Virus record (IMG/VR): IMGVR_UViG_3300042539_000668
Location: 4,002-68,001 of that record
Strand: one strand, 5' to 3'
Origin: a virus
DNA: 64,000 bases
The notes under the pieces were generated by a model. The model was not told the DNA's origin and ran no database searches. It worked only from the letters and a program-made list of their open reading frames with translations. Made by a program: the position numbers and the translations under genes. Of the stretch, positions 34,609 to 44,500 are shown one piece after another (position 1 is the first letter of the stretch; every line of letters begins with the position of its first letter).

Positions 34609-35616
34609 CTATCTGACAGCACCGTCCACGATGGTCAAGTTCTCCACCTCAAAGGTATCGTCAGGGTTGATGTAAACAATAGCAAACCCGTGGTTCCATT
34701 GGTTATATGGCAGGTATTCGGGGGATAGTTCCGACAGGCATCCCGTTGACCACCATCCCCTGACTTGGTTGCGGATGGTTCTGTCAAGGTGCGTGGATGT
34801 CCTGTGGAAGTGGCCACACATGGTAGGCTCCCCTGTACGCAGGGATAACCACCTTGCTGGGTTCACACCACCCGCCCCACGATACTCGTCCCCGTGTATG
34901 ATGTTCAGCTTGCCAGCGATGATGTTGGTCTTGTTGGATATGTGCTGAACACCAAACTCCCCAAACCCCATAAGGACTGGGAGTTCAAACTCCTTCATAC
35001 CAAGCAGAAGTTCTGCGTATTTCATCAGGTGTCTCTCCAGCCTATACTCGTGGTTCCCGCTCTTGAAGTAGATGGGGATGTTGGGGAACGCCTTCCTGAA
35101 CATCTTCAGCAGCTTCTTCCCAGCATCTATCTCTCCGGGCCAGTCCACCTTGCGTGGGTCTTTTTGGTGGTCGGAGATGGAGTAGAAGTCCAGCGTATCC
35201 CCGTTGAGCAGTATGGCATCGGGCTTCTCTTTGATTCCATATTCGATGGCCATCTTTAGGGCAACGATGTCGTGGTATGGGACGTGGATGTCTGACAGCA
35301 CCAGCATCTTGCGGATGGACGATGGAACCTTCCAATCCTTCGGCCCCTCCATCCATGATTCAGGCATGAAAGAATGCCACGGGTCTTCCCCTGCCACACC
35401 TTTCTGCCTGCGCGTCCCATAATTGTCAATCCTCGTTGTGACATCCCCTGCGCTCCCTGCATACACCCTGAACATCTTGCGGGTGGTATCTATATTGGGG
35501 AACAGCTTCGGATGCTCCTTCTGCGCCAGTTTTGCCAATGTTAACAGGGGCATATTGGGATTCTCCTTGAGCATTTCCACCACCACCTTCCCTGCAATGC
35601 TTTGTTTTCCTGCCAT
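34609..35616 (-). CDS. Calcineurin-like metallophosphoesterase
   Basis: SDIH, GDTLD, GNHE, HG, GHFH motifs. Confidence 0.9.
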   Translation of the reverse strand: MAGKQSIAGKVVVEMLKENPNMPLLTLAKLAQKEHPKLFPNIDTTRKMFRVYAGSAGDVTTRIDNYGTRRQKGVAGEDPWHSFMPESWMEGPKDWKVPSSIRKMLVLSDIHVPYHDIVALKMAIEYGIKEKPDAILLNGDTLDFYSISDHQKDPRKVDWPGEIDAGKKLLKMFRKAFPNIPIYFKSGNHEYRLERHLMKYAELLLGMKEFELPVLMGFGEFGVQHISNKTNIIAGKLNIIHGDEYRGAGGVNPARWLSLRTGEPTMCGHFHRTSTHLDRTIRNQVRGWWSTGCLSELSPEYLPYNQWNHGFAIVYINPDDTFEVENLTIVDGAVR

Positions 35617-35620
35617 CGTT

Positions 35621-36184
35621 TCAGTGGTTTGTAATCAGTTGCAGCGGCCTAAGATAGGCAATTGCATATTTGCCCGGACAGGCAGTTGCCTTGGTATCCT
35701 TGTGCAGTAATATGTGCTGTATATTAACTTCTGATTCGACCCATTCCAACACCCTTAACACCGCATCTTTCATCTCCGGTGTCATTTCCCTCTCTTCATA
35801 GTTGCCGATCAGCACTATGCCAATGTTCTTTCTGTTGTGTCCAGCACTATGGTAGGATGCGGTTGTAAAGTCATTGAGCAGATATACCTGCCCATCGTGT
35901 CCTATGGCTATGTGGTAGGCTATTGCTGGCCACCCTCGCCCGTTGATGTGGAAGTCGGCCACAGAGCGCAGTGATGCACTAGTGGTGGCCGTGTGGTGGA
36001 ACACGACACCGTTCACATCCTCAATGCTTCTCGTTGGGTATGTCTTCTCCTTGTGGACTGGCAGATGACCACGAAGGTCACGAATTCCTGACCCCGCTAC
36101 AGAACTGACGGTGGTAAGCACAACCGTTGGCCGCAGCAGTAGGCGAACAGCCAAAGACCTTGTCACCGCCACAAGGCTCTTCAT
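35621..36184 (-). CDS. Endolysin, N-acetylmuramoyl-L-alanine amidase (Amidase_2)
   Basis: HHTA, RGW..IAYH, H..G.N..IGI, H.D...TACPG. Confidence 0.9.
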   Translation of the reverse strand: MKSLVAVTRSLAVRLLLRPTVVLTTVSSVAGSGIRDLRGHLPVHKEKTYPTRSIEDVNGVVFHHTATTSASLRSVADFHINGRGWPAIAYHIAIGHDGQVYLLNDFTTASYHSAGHNRKNIGIVLIGNYEEREMTPEMKDAVLRVLEWVESEVNIQHILLHKDTKATACPGKYAIAYLRPLQLITNH

Positions 36185-36315
36185 TTCTGCTTGAAGATGC
36201 GCTGTACGGCTATCGTGGTAAGTTCATACGCAAGCGCAAACACAACGCCAGCCACAGCGGTTAGTATGATGCTCTCCTTGTTCCAAATCCAAAAGTTGAT
36301 GAGTGACTCAATCAT
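36181..36315 (-). CDS. Small membrane protein (holin/antiholin candidate)
   Basis: 44 aa MIESLINFWIW...; one TM; coupled on both sides. Confidence 0.55.
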   Translation of the reverse strand: MIESLINFWIWNKESIILTAVAGVVFALAYELTTIAVQRIFKQK

Positions 36316-36533
36316 TTGCTTTTGTTTTTAGTGTCATAGTACAGCTTTATCAACTTGGCTATGTTGAGAACAAGAATGCTTACACCAACCATCAGCCCAA
36401 CAGACCACTCAACGATGCGGTCAGGAGGGGGGATGAGCATATCCCATCTGAATGTCAGCGCCAAGAATGTCACGCTGGCAATGTTCAGACCAGTGTATTC
36501 AGCAAGCTCTTGGATATGCGCCGTACTCATCAC
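36312..36533 (-). CDS. Holin candidate
   Basis: 73 aa, two TMs, basic C-tail, upstream of the amidase. Confidence 0.6.
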   Translation of the reverse strand: MMSTAHIQELAEYTGLNIASVTFLALTFRWDMLIPPPDRIVEWSVGLMVGVSILVLNIAKLIKLYYDTKNKSK

Positions 36534-38803
36534 AAGGCAGTGTATTCAATGTTACCAGCCGTATCGGTGCTGTTCGTCAGGGCAAGGTTGGTAATCCATG
36601 CCGTGTCAATCGGTGCATTCATCTTGATGCCAATGATTTTGGCATCGTATGGCGTTGCCAATGGGTCTGTGACAATAGATTGAGTTGCGGTGGGTCCAGC
36701 TATGTATATCCCTCCGTATATGCGGGCATCGTCATCTTGAATTTTGATGGCATTCTTGCCCGAACCCTGTGCAATCCAAGTGCAGTCTTGCATATACCCA
36801 GTGGGGCCAACAAGAGGGCCAGCATCTGCATCTGAGTTGATGCAGTAGCATCGAACAAATGTCCCAGTCTTTTTACCATTAGGATGCCCTGCAAAAGAAA
36901 GGTCTTGAGCAGAACAGTTCTCAAAATATCCCGATGCAAATACATCAGGGCCAATAGAACCGACTGACTTGCTTACAAAACTTTGTATGCCAGCCCTGCA
37001 ATTAATAAATGTCCCCGAAGCATCAATCCCGCTGGCATTTCCAGATACCCAGCCGAATGAAGTATCGCCCGCTGTACAATTTTCAAACCTTCCGGAAAGA
37101 ATCACGGATTGACTACCGCCCAATGGCCCCCATCCAAATGACTCATTACCAGCATGACAATTGATATATGTTCCAGCCAGTTCCAAGTCAAATACGTTGC
37201 CTACTCCAGCACCAAAAGACTTATCTCCAGCGGTGCAGTTTGTGAACCTTGCCTCTGGCCTAGTCCTCATATCAAATGAAGCGTCTCCGGCAGTGCAGTT
37301 TTGGTATATCCCATAAGATTGACCAAGTAATTGCCAAGCCCTCCAGCTATTTTCACCAGCTACACAGTTGTGAAACTCTGTTCCATTCTGAAACTCTGCA
37401 ACGCGTCCAAAACTGAATGTCCCAGCCGTGCAGTTATAGAACTTGCCGCTGACAGAGCAAATCGCATCGGAATCATTACTGCTGGCAAAGCTATTGTTGC
37501 CAGCAGAACAGCTTTTGAATACCCCACTTAAAATTGGGCCAATATCTCCCGAAGATGGATTGATGTAACCAAAGCTGTTGTTCCCAGCAGAGCAAAATTC
37601 AAAAACACCATCCAATACAACACCAGTACCAGTTCCAAAGCTGCTGTCACCAGCAATGCAGTTTGAAAATGTTCCGCTTAATTCAACCAAAGAAGAATTG
37701 TTAAAGCTGCTGTTTCCAGCCTTGCAATTGCTGTACGAGCCACGAAGGTCGCTCCCGTAAAAACTAAAATCTTCTGCCACGCAATTGACATATACAGCCT
37801 GTGTAGCAGAGCCTCCAAATGAAGAAGCTCCGGCACGACAGTTGTAAAAATTACCACGGGAATTTCCAAGGTATCCAAATGACCCCCCTGCAACAGAGAT
37901 ACAATCTGTAAATGTTCCGTCTGCGGTATACCCAAGGCCGGAAGCAAATCCACCACCACCAATCTTGCACTGCTCAAACACTCCGCTGGCATTTGCATTT
38001 ACACCAAATCCAGCGCTGTCAGAAGAGCATCGGATAAATGTTCCCGCTGCATCATAATTAACACCGAACCCACTTGCCAAACCTGCTTTGCAATCGGTAA
38101 ACTTTCCCGTTGCATTCCCAAAGAAAATGCTGTAGCTGCCAGCCCATGAACCGGGGTCAGCAATTGAGCATCGGGTATACGTACCAGCATACTCAACGTC
38201 AATTGCCATTACGGGGGAGCTGGCAGGGTCGTCAACCTGAAATAAAATAACATCCTCAAGGATGGTGTTAAAGAACTGACTTTGTGGAGCGTATGCGCTA
38301 TCATCCGTAGATGCTCCAGTAAATCCGTTTCCATCGTTACGCAATGTCAGGTTCTTGTACCGAACATCGTCAGCAGTTTGGGTGATGGTGCCAACAGAAC
38401 TGTTCGTGTTGGACGTGGATGTGATGATGACATCCCCAGCCTGACCAAGGCCAACGAAGTCGATGAACTCCGTGTCCACATCAAGACCCGTTACCCCAAG
38501 GGCATAGGTGCCGGGAGGGAGCAGAAGAGCAAACCGATTGGTCGCACTCAAGCCAGTAAATGTGGCAGCATCAGCATAAGCGTCACGCAGAGCCTGACCA
38601 TTGTCAAGGGGAATGTCAGTGGTTCTGACCACCTTGTAGTTGTAGTTGTCATAGGCCACAAGGTTGGCGAACATCGTGGCGTTCTGTGCAATCTCATTCA
38701 AGTTGTGAACTGCACCAGTAATAGCCCCAACACCATTGGTGTTGATGTTTGTATTGGTGACGGAGTCAATAGCCCCTAAATGGTCGTTGTAGGTAGTTGC
38801 CAT
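36530..38803 (-). CDS. Beta-solenoid repeat structural protein
   Basis: LLLPPGTY entry motif and roughly 18-20 G.F.NC.AG..SF repeats. Confidence 0.75.
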   Translation of the reverse strand: MATTYNDHLGAIDSVTNTNINTNGVGAITGAVHNLNEIAQNATMFANLVAYDNYNYKVVRTTDIPLDNGQALRDAYADAATFTGLSATNRFALLLPPGTYALGVTGLDVDTEFIDFVGLGQAGDVIITSTSNTNSSVGTITQTADDVRYKNLTLRNDGNGFTGASTDDSAYAPQSQFFNTILEDVILFQVDDPASSPVMAIDVEYAGTYTRCSIADPGSWAGSYSIFFGNATGKFTDCKAGLASGFGVNYDAAGTFIRCSSDSAGFGVNANASGVFEQCKIGGGGFASGLGYTADGTFTDCISVAGGSFGYLGNSRGNFYNCRAGASSFGGSATQAVYVNCVAEDFSFYGSDLRGSYSNCKAGNSSFNNSSLVELSGTFSNCIAGDSSFGTGTGVVLDGVFEFCSAGNNSFGYINPSSGDIGPILSGVFKSCSAGNNSFASSNDSDAICSVSGKFYNCTAGTFSFGRVAEFQNGTEFHNCVAGENSWRAWQLLGQSYGIYQNCTAGDASFDMRTRPEARFTNCTAGDKSFGAGVGNVFDLELAGTYINCHAGNESFGWGPLGGSQSVILSGRFENCTAGDTSFGWVSGNASGIDASGTFINCRAGIQSFVSKSVGSIGPDVFASGYFENCSAQDLSFAGHPNGKKTGTFVRCYCINSDADAGPLVGPTGYMQDCTWIAQGSGKNAIKIQDDDARIYGGIYIAGPTATQSIVTDPLATPYDAKIIGIKMNAPIDTAWITNLALTNSTDTAGNIEYTAL

Positions 38804-38805
38804 GG

Positions 38806-39705
38806 TTAGCTGTGATCTGAAGTGTTGTGGTCGTTACAATCGTGGTCTCGTGGGAATGTGCATCCGGGAGGCTCAATTGAGCCGTTCTCGCTTGTCCAAG
38901 AGCAGTCCCCAAGGGTGTATGTGGCCCTCACAGAAGTGAAGGAGAAGCCGCTCAAGTCATAGACCTGCGGGGATGCAAGGTCTGCCTCCGGCCCTTGGAA
39001 CAGCATCACCCATCCTCCGGGGGTAAGAATCTCCACCATCGCAGTGCGGCCAGCAAACTGGGACACCTGCGGGTAGTCGCTTTGGAAGATGTACTGACCC
39101 GGAGCAGCGAAGAAGGTCATGGTGACCGTCGGGTACAGCAGTCCGGGAAGGCCAAAGCCCAGCGTAGTCCACAAATCTCCCGTGTTGGACGCAAGGGTGT
39201 TCTGCCCGTTGACGATGTTGGTTTGGTTCCACCCGCTCCCGTTCCACTCCACGATGGTGTTCACCACCCATCCCGTACCTCCGGTGTCGGTGACCACGAT
39301 GTACTTGTCACCAATGGTCGGCCCCGCTGCTTCGATGGCCACCCTCTCGCTTACATCTACGGCACGGATAACCGTGTAGTCAACCTGCGGTTCGCAAGGG
39401 TCTGTCGGCGGGAAGTCGCTGCTCTCATCCTGTGGAGGACACCCACACTGGTCGCAATAGCAGTCGGCTTTGGCAAAAACCTTTTGTGCAAAACTCAAAT
39501 CAACACATCCTCCATCGCCCTCGGTAGATGTTGGAACCCTGTCGGCAATTGTCTTTGCCCACAGCATATAAAGCCACAAATTCCTGTTGCTGGCACATTT
39601 TTCTCCACCATACTTTAAGCCATTGATGTACTTGCCCATGTACGACATGGCGCAACAGGCATATGTGATACGCCTTTGACCAATGGCTTCGTCAACATCC
39701 TGCAT
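38806..39705 (-). CDS. Cys-rich structural protein
   Basis: 299 aa; CYCDQCGCPP; GD.YIV...W.....VEWNGSGW segment. Confidence 0.75.
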   Translation of the reverse strand: MQDVDEAIGQRRITYACCAMSYMGKYINGLKYGGEKCASNRNLWLYMLWAKTIADRVPTSTEGDGGCVDLSFAQKVFAKADCYCDQCGCPPQDESSDFPPTDPCEPQVDYTVIRAVDVSERVAIEAAGPTIGDKYIVVTDTGGTGWVVNTIVEWNGSGWNQTNIVNGQNTLASNTGDLWTTLGFGLPGLLYPTVTMTFFAAPGQYIFQSDYPQVSQFAGRTAMVEILTPGGWVMLFQGPEADLASPQVYDLSGFSFTSVRATYTLGDCSWTSENGSIEPPGCTFPRDHDCNDHNTSDHS

Positions 39706-40982
39706 TACAGGTTATTTACGAGGTAAGTATTTTCGATAATCATGCGGGTGCCAGCCATGTTCTTGCGAAGCACGAACACGCGTGTTGCACCAGCAGCAAG
39801 GGAAATCGGAGTGGTGATGGCAAGGCCAGCATCCTCCGCCCACAGGCCCGCAGACAGCGTGATGTCGATGGCCGCAGGGTCTACGTTCTCAATCTGCACC
39901 TCCCACACACCGCTATGGGTGAATGAAGCAGAAGTCCACGAAAGGTCGATGTCCTTGTCCGCCTCGATGGCAAACGCCTGATACTGCAAGTCAAGGATGT
40001 ATGTGCCGGGTGCGCTGTGCGTGACAGCCAGCGGGGTGAACCCAACGATGCGAGGTGTGCGGACGGGGACGGTTCCCATGTCACCACCACTTGCCGTGGC
40101 CACCTGCGTAAACGTAGCAGAGAGGTCGAACGGGTTCGTCCACGTCCCTGCGGTCTTGTAGTACACCTCAAGGGTCACGGAGTCAAATGCCCAGTCCCCG
40201 TTCTTGCCAGTGACGCTCGATGGTACGCCGATGGTGGAGAAAATCTGACTCCCTGCGGCAGGGGTCAGGTTCGCAGTCACCACCCAGCTTATCCCATTCC
40301 AGCTATACCCCGTGATAACCGTAGGGTTGGTGGGGCTGTCGGTGTAGATCTTGAATGTTTGGTTGGGGGCAGGGGCAGCAACAGGGATGCTGTTGACCAC
40401 CTCAATGACACCCGGAAGACCTGCCGCACCCGGTGCGCCAGCAGCACCAGCAGCACCAGTGGCACCATCACGACCCGTAGGGGTCACCTGTGAGTTGGTG
40501 CCGTCAGGCAGAATAGTCGTGCCGGGAGCGACGTTGCCAGTGCCACCATCGTTGGTCACCTTCAACACGCTGCCGCTGGACAAAATCTGCCCAACGGTGT
40601 ACTTCCCTCCATTCTTGATGAATACAGGCTCACCAATTGCAGCCCAGTTAAAAGACCCAGCAGTGCCAGTAATGTTCACTGGGTTGCCGACCGCTGGCTG
40701 AACGAACGCTGCCGTCAGGGCAGAGAAAGGTGCTGCACCAGCAGGGCCGGGTGCGCCCGGTGCGCCGCTCGGACCCGTTGCCCCTGCGGGGAGTCCGAAG
40801 TTCAGCGTAAAGTTGGGCGCTGTACCGCTGACGGTAACCGTTGGGGTACTTCCAGCAGTGAGCGGGGTGACACTTGTTTGGATGTCGGGGGCTGGTCCCG
40901 CCGGGCCTTGGTAGCCTCGTGGGCCACGGGGAATGTTAGGGGTATTGCACCCGCAGGGTGAGGAGGAGCATCCGCAGGACAT
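39705..40982 (-). CDS. Collagen-like fibre protein
   Basis: MSCGCSSSPCGC N-terminus and Gly-X-Y triplet runs. Confidence 0.8.
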   Translation of the reverse strand: MSCGCSSSPCGCNTPNIPRGPRGYQGPAGPAPDIQTSVTPLTAGSTPTVTVSGTAPNFTLNFGLPAGATGPSGAPGAPGPAGAAPFSALTAAFVQPAVGNPVNITGTAGSFNWAAIGEPVFIKNGGKYTVGQILSSGSVLKVTNDGGTGNVAPGTTILPDGTNSQVTPTGRDGATGAAGAAGAPGAAGLPGVIEVVNSIPVAAPAPNQTFKIYTDSPTNPTVITGYSWNGISWVVTANLTPAAGSQIFSTIGVPSSVTGKNGDWAFDSVTLEVYYKTAGTWTNPFDLSATFTQVATASGGDMGTVPVRTPRIVGFTPLAVTHSAPGTYILDLQYQAFAIEADKDIDLSWTSASFTHSGVWEVQIENVDPAAIDITLSAGLWAEDAGLAITTPISLAAGATRVFVLRKNMAGTRMIIENTYLVNNL

Positions 40983-41542
40983 CAGCAGCAGTTTTTAACT
41001 CGTGCGTAAAGGTTTGTAATGGCGGTCTGTGCCTTTTCAGCATCGCAGATGCCGCCACATTTGATCGTCAGTAGCTGTGCAAACAGTTCTGTGGGACTCT
41101 CGCACCCCTTCTTGCAGGGACACATGGGGTCATATGATAGCATCTTTTGGTCTACCACAGAGGATACGTCGGCCACGAAGATGCACTCGACATCAGCGTA
41201 GTAGCTAACCCCTGCGATGACCCCCGTTGCCCTCATGTTCCACACACCGCTCACCAGCTTGGTAAGCCCCATCATCTCCTTGGTGATAGTCCAAGTATAG
41301 TAGTCATCAGCGTCCGGAGGAGGGACGCTGGTCTGTAGGTTGAAGGTGTAGTCGGAAGGCCCGTCAACAGGGCTGTTGGGATACCACACCTCAAGCGTGT
41401 AGCTGTCAAATCCCAAGGGGTCTACTACGATGTTGGCAAGGCCATACCCAGTAGGGTTGGTTGTTGCATTGTAGCGACCAGTAGTGTCAACGTAGTTGAA
41501 CTGGTCACACCCCTCACAAACTCTACCTTGTATTTGGAGCAT
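40982..41542 (-). CDS. Structural protein (Cys-rich C-terminus)
   Basis: DTTG.YNAT.NPTGYG motif; TATATTTG promoter 7 nt upstream. Confidence 0.75.
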   Translation of the reverse strand: MLQIQGRVCEGCDQFNYVDTTGRYNATTNPTGYGLANIVVDPLGFDSYTLEVWYPNSPVDGPSDYTFNLQTSVPPPDADDYYTWTITKEMMGLTKLVSGVWNMRATGVIAGVSYYADVECIFVADVSSVVDQKMLSYDPMCPCKKGCESPTELFAQLLTIKCGGICDAEKAQTAITNLYARVKNCC

Positions 41543-41593
41543 GATGTCGCAAATATAAGGGTAATTCCCTGTCGGTCAGAGAGTTGAGCAATA

Positions 41594-44500
41594 CTACTTT
41601 TTACTCCTCTCGTACTTTTCAATCTCCTGCGCCGCTGGCCCCAAGCCTCTTGATTTTATTCTGTCTGACATCTCCTTTGACTTGGCGTTCAAGGAATCTA
41701 TCGTTTTGACAATTTCATCAAGTTTTATTTTCCCTGACTTGTATGTTGAAAACGCCCATTCTGATTGCCCAGCAGCATATCTGTGAGCTTTATTTAGCTC
41801 ATCCTCTACTTGTTGAGCCGCTGCCGAGTTTTTGCCACTTGTCTTTTTTTCTTGCTCTGCCTTTGATATAATGTTTTCGTACTCTTTCAACACTCTATTT
41901 CTGTAAATAGCCTTTGTCAGCAGAGATGACTTGAATTGCTCATCCTTGGTAAGTTCAATCTCTGCGCTTCTTCCAGCAAGTGGCTCCCCTTCACCAAGCA
42001 TCCTTTGAACCTTTTCAATCCGTTGCGCCCTTGGCGTAGCCTCAATAAAAGTATTTGCATACTTCCAGCGCAGATTAACTTCAGGATAGTCATCACTGCG
42101 CTCATCAATGCTGGTGTAGTTCTTCCAAAAGTTCCTGATCGGGTCAATTGATTCAAACGGAAGACCATATTCATCGGTCATTTCATTGGACACAATATGG
42201 TTTAATCCATAGATGCTAGAGAACAAAGCCTTGCTTGTTCCCAAGAATCCCTCCGGCATATACTCACCCTTCTTGGTGGCTCCAGCCATGGAAGCAGCGG
42301 TACTAACCACATCCCTATAGATGGCTGGCTGGGCAATGGCAGCAACAGGACTCATAAACATCCTAGCAAATCCAGCCCCAGCATCATATTTGAACGTAGA
42401 CCACAGGCGAGGGATGGTGGCAAATGATACCTCACCCATTGCAGTTAGGGGAGAGTCGGTAAAGTATTCGTAAAACTCTGCCTTTTTGGGTATTCTTCCA
42501 CGCCCAACTACAGGTTCTGCGTAGAGCTTGTTAACGTCATCAGATATGCGACCAAGCCAAGCAACTGGGATGGTCATGTGTGGAGACAGCCGAACCGATG
42601 TCCAGTCGCTCCACTCGTCATCCTTGCCAAACCTAAAGCGAATGGAGAAGTTTGACCTTCCCTCCATAATTCCTTGGTTCTTGCTCTTGGAGCCACGAGC
42701 ATCAGCAGTAAAGTCAAACACCCTATCGGGGTCCATTTTAATCCTGACCTTTTTACCGAACAGGTCGTAAACATCCTCTGCCTCATCATCGTCATCTGCA
42801 TCCTCCACCTCAAACGTATTTATAAACAAGCCAGCAATTATCATAGTTGACAGCACATTCAATGCAACCCTTCGACCCATTTGCATATTGGCAAACTCCG
42901 GGCTTTGTGCATCGCTTGTTTTGCTTCCCCACTTCCATTCTCCGTTCGCCTTCTTTGCCAAGCCATACTTTGCAGCAGCATAACCAATAATGGGAATGGT
43001 TGACTGAATTTCGCTGACACCTTGGGCCGTGATACGCAAGAAGGGCAGAATGCTAAGGTTGAGAGCAAGTTTGCCAAGCGCAGAAACAAAGCTGTCCCTC
43101 TCACTAATAGCCATTTTTTTGCTGCTCTTGTCCCACACATAACCAAGTACACCATCGGGACGCCACATCATAATCATGTCTGCTGACATCTGATCAACAG
43201 CGTTGGTCATTTCTGCATCCCTCTTTGCCCTCATTATCTCGCTCGTCCTTCGACGCAAGTAATCCCGTGGGATGGAGACGCCGTCCGATTCCATTTGGTC
43301 GATTTCCTCTTGGGCTTCCTTGGCTGCTTCGGTTCTATCCTTCATGGCCACCCCAGCCATCTCATCAATCTTGTTGAACAGCTTCTTGCTAATGAACGGA
43401 GTCCACGCTTCAACAATTGATGGGTCGGCAGTGCCATCCTTCACCATGCCGCGCATCTCATTCTTCAGCTTGATGTAGTCTTGCATTCCCTCCATGTGAG
43501 CGGCAAGGCTGTGGCGAAGAACGGGGTCAATGAATTTCAGAAGAGCAGTAATACGAGTGGCCTGAGCCGATGCAGATGCAAGCAGCATCAAAGCACCCTT
43601 GGTCTTTCCAAGAGCAGTAGGGTCGTTCTTTACCCTGTTCCATTGCTTGAAGAAACCATTCAAAATGTGAACCTCAAACGGGTCTGCGTAGGTGCTTGCG
43701 TTCTCAACGGTCCAACTTGTACCCATTGAGTCGTATGCGCTTTGATTGAACATACCCTTGGAGAACGCAGTTGGCATCTCCTTGAGCATCCTCATCATCC
43801 CATAGATGTTTGCGCCAATGGCCGTGCTTGGGTTTTTGGCGCTCATGGCAATGCTGTTCATTACAGCATTGGGTATACCAGTCAGGACACTACCCACAAA
43901 GGCGTTCTGCAACGTACTGATACCCGAAAGCACGGCGTTGTAGAACCACGACTGGAAGATTATCATCCACTTTACTGCGCTCTTAGGCTCACGGGACACC
44001 TGCTCCAAGTACTGGTTCAGTCGCTTGGCGTACTTCTCACCCATCTCCTTCTGTGCAGGGATGGCGCTCTTGTCATCTATGCGATAGCGAATGCCAGCGA
44101 AGTACTCCATTGCCTTGGCCATGTGTTCAATGGCCTTGCGGTCTTGCGTGGTCAGGTAGTTACCACCAGTAATTGCAGCGAACACAGAGTCAAAGTCGGG
44201 GTCGTTCAGTTTACCAGCCCCGGCAAGTTGCACCAGCTTTGCAACAAGGCTTGCTTTCTTCTTGGGAGACAACTTGTTCTTCGCAAGCAGCTTGTTGATC
44301 GCCTTCAGGTCATTTACCTTCTTCTCAAGAGCAGCAGCTTGTTTCTTGTATGTGTCGCGCTCGGCAGCAATCTTGTCCTTCTGCTTCTTTAGCTTGCCAA
44401 TAAGCCTGTTTTTGTTATTGATTTCTTTGGTAAGGTCAGCAACTTGTTGAGCATAGCTTGCTGCATTTGCAGCGGCAGAAGAGTATAGCTTGTTTACCCC

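Noticed and set aside
36530-38803. Diversity-generating retroelement target
   Set aside because: No reverse transcriptase and no TR/VR pair differing at adenines was seen; the repeats are protein-level.
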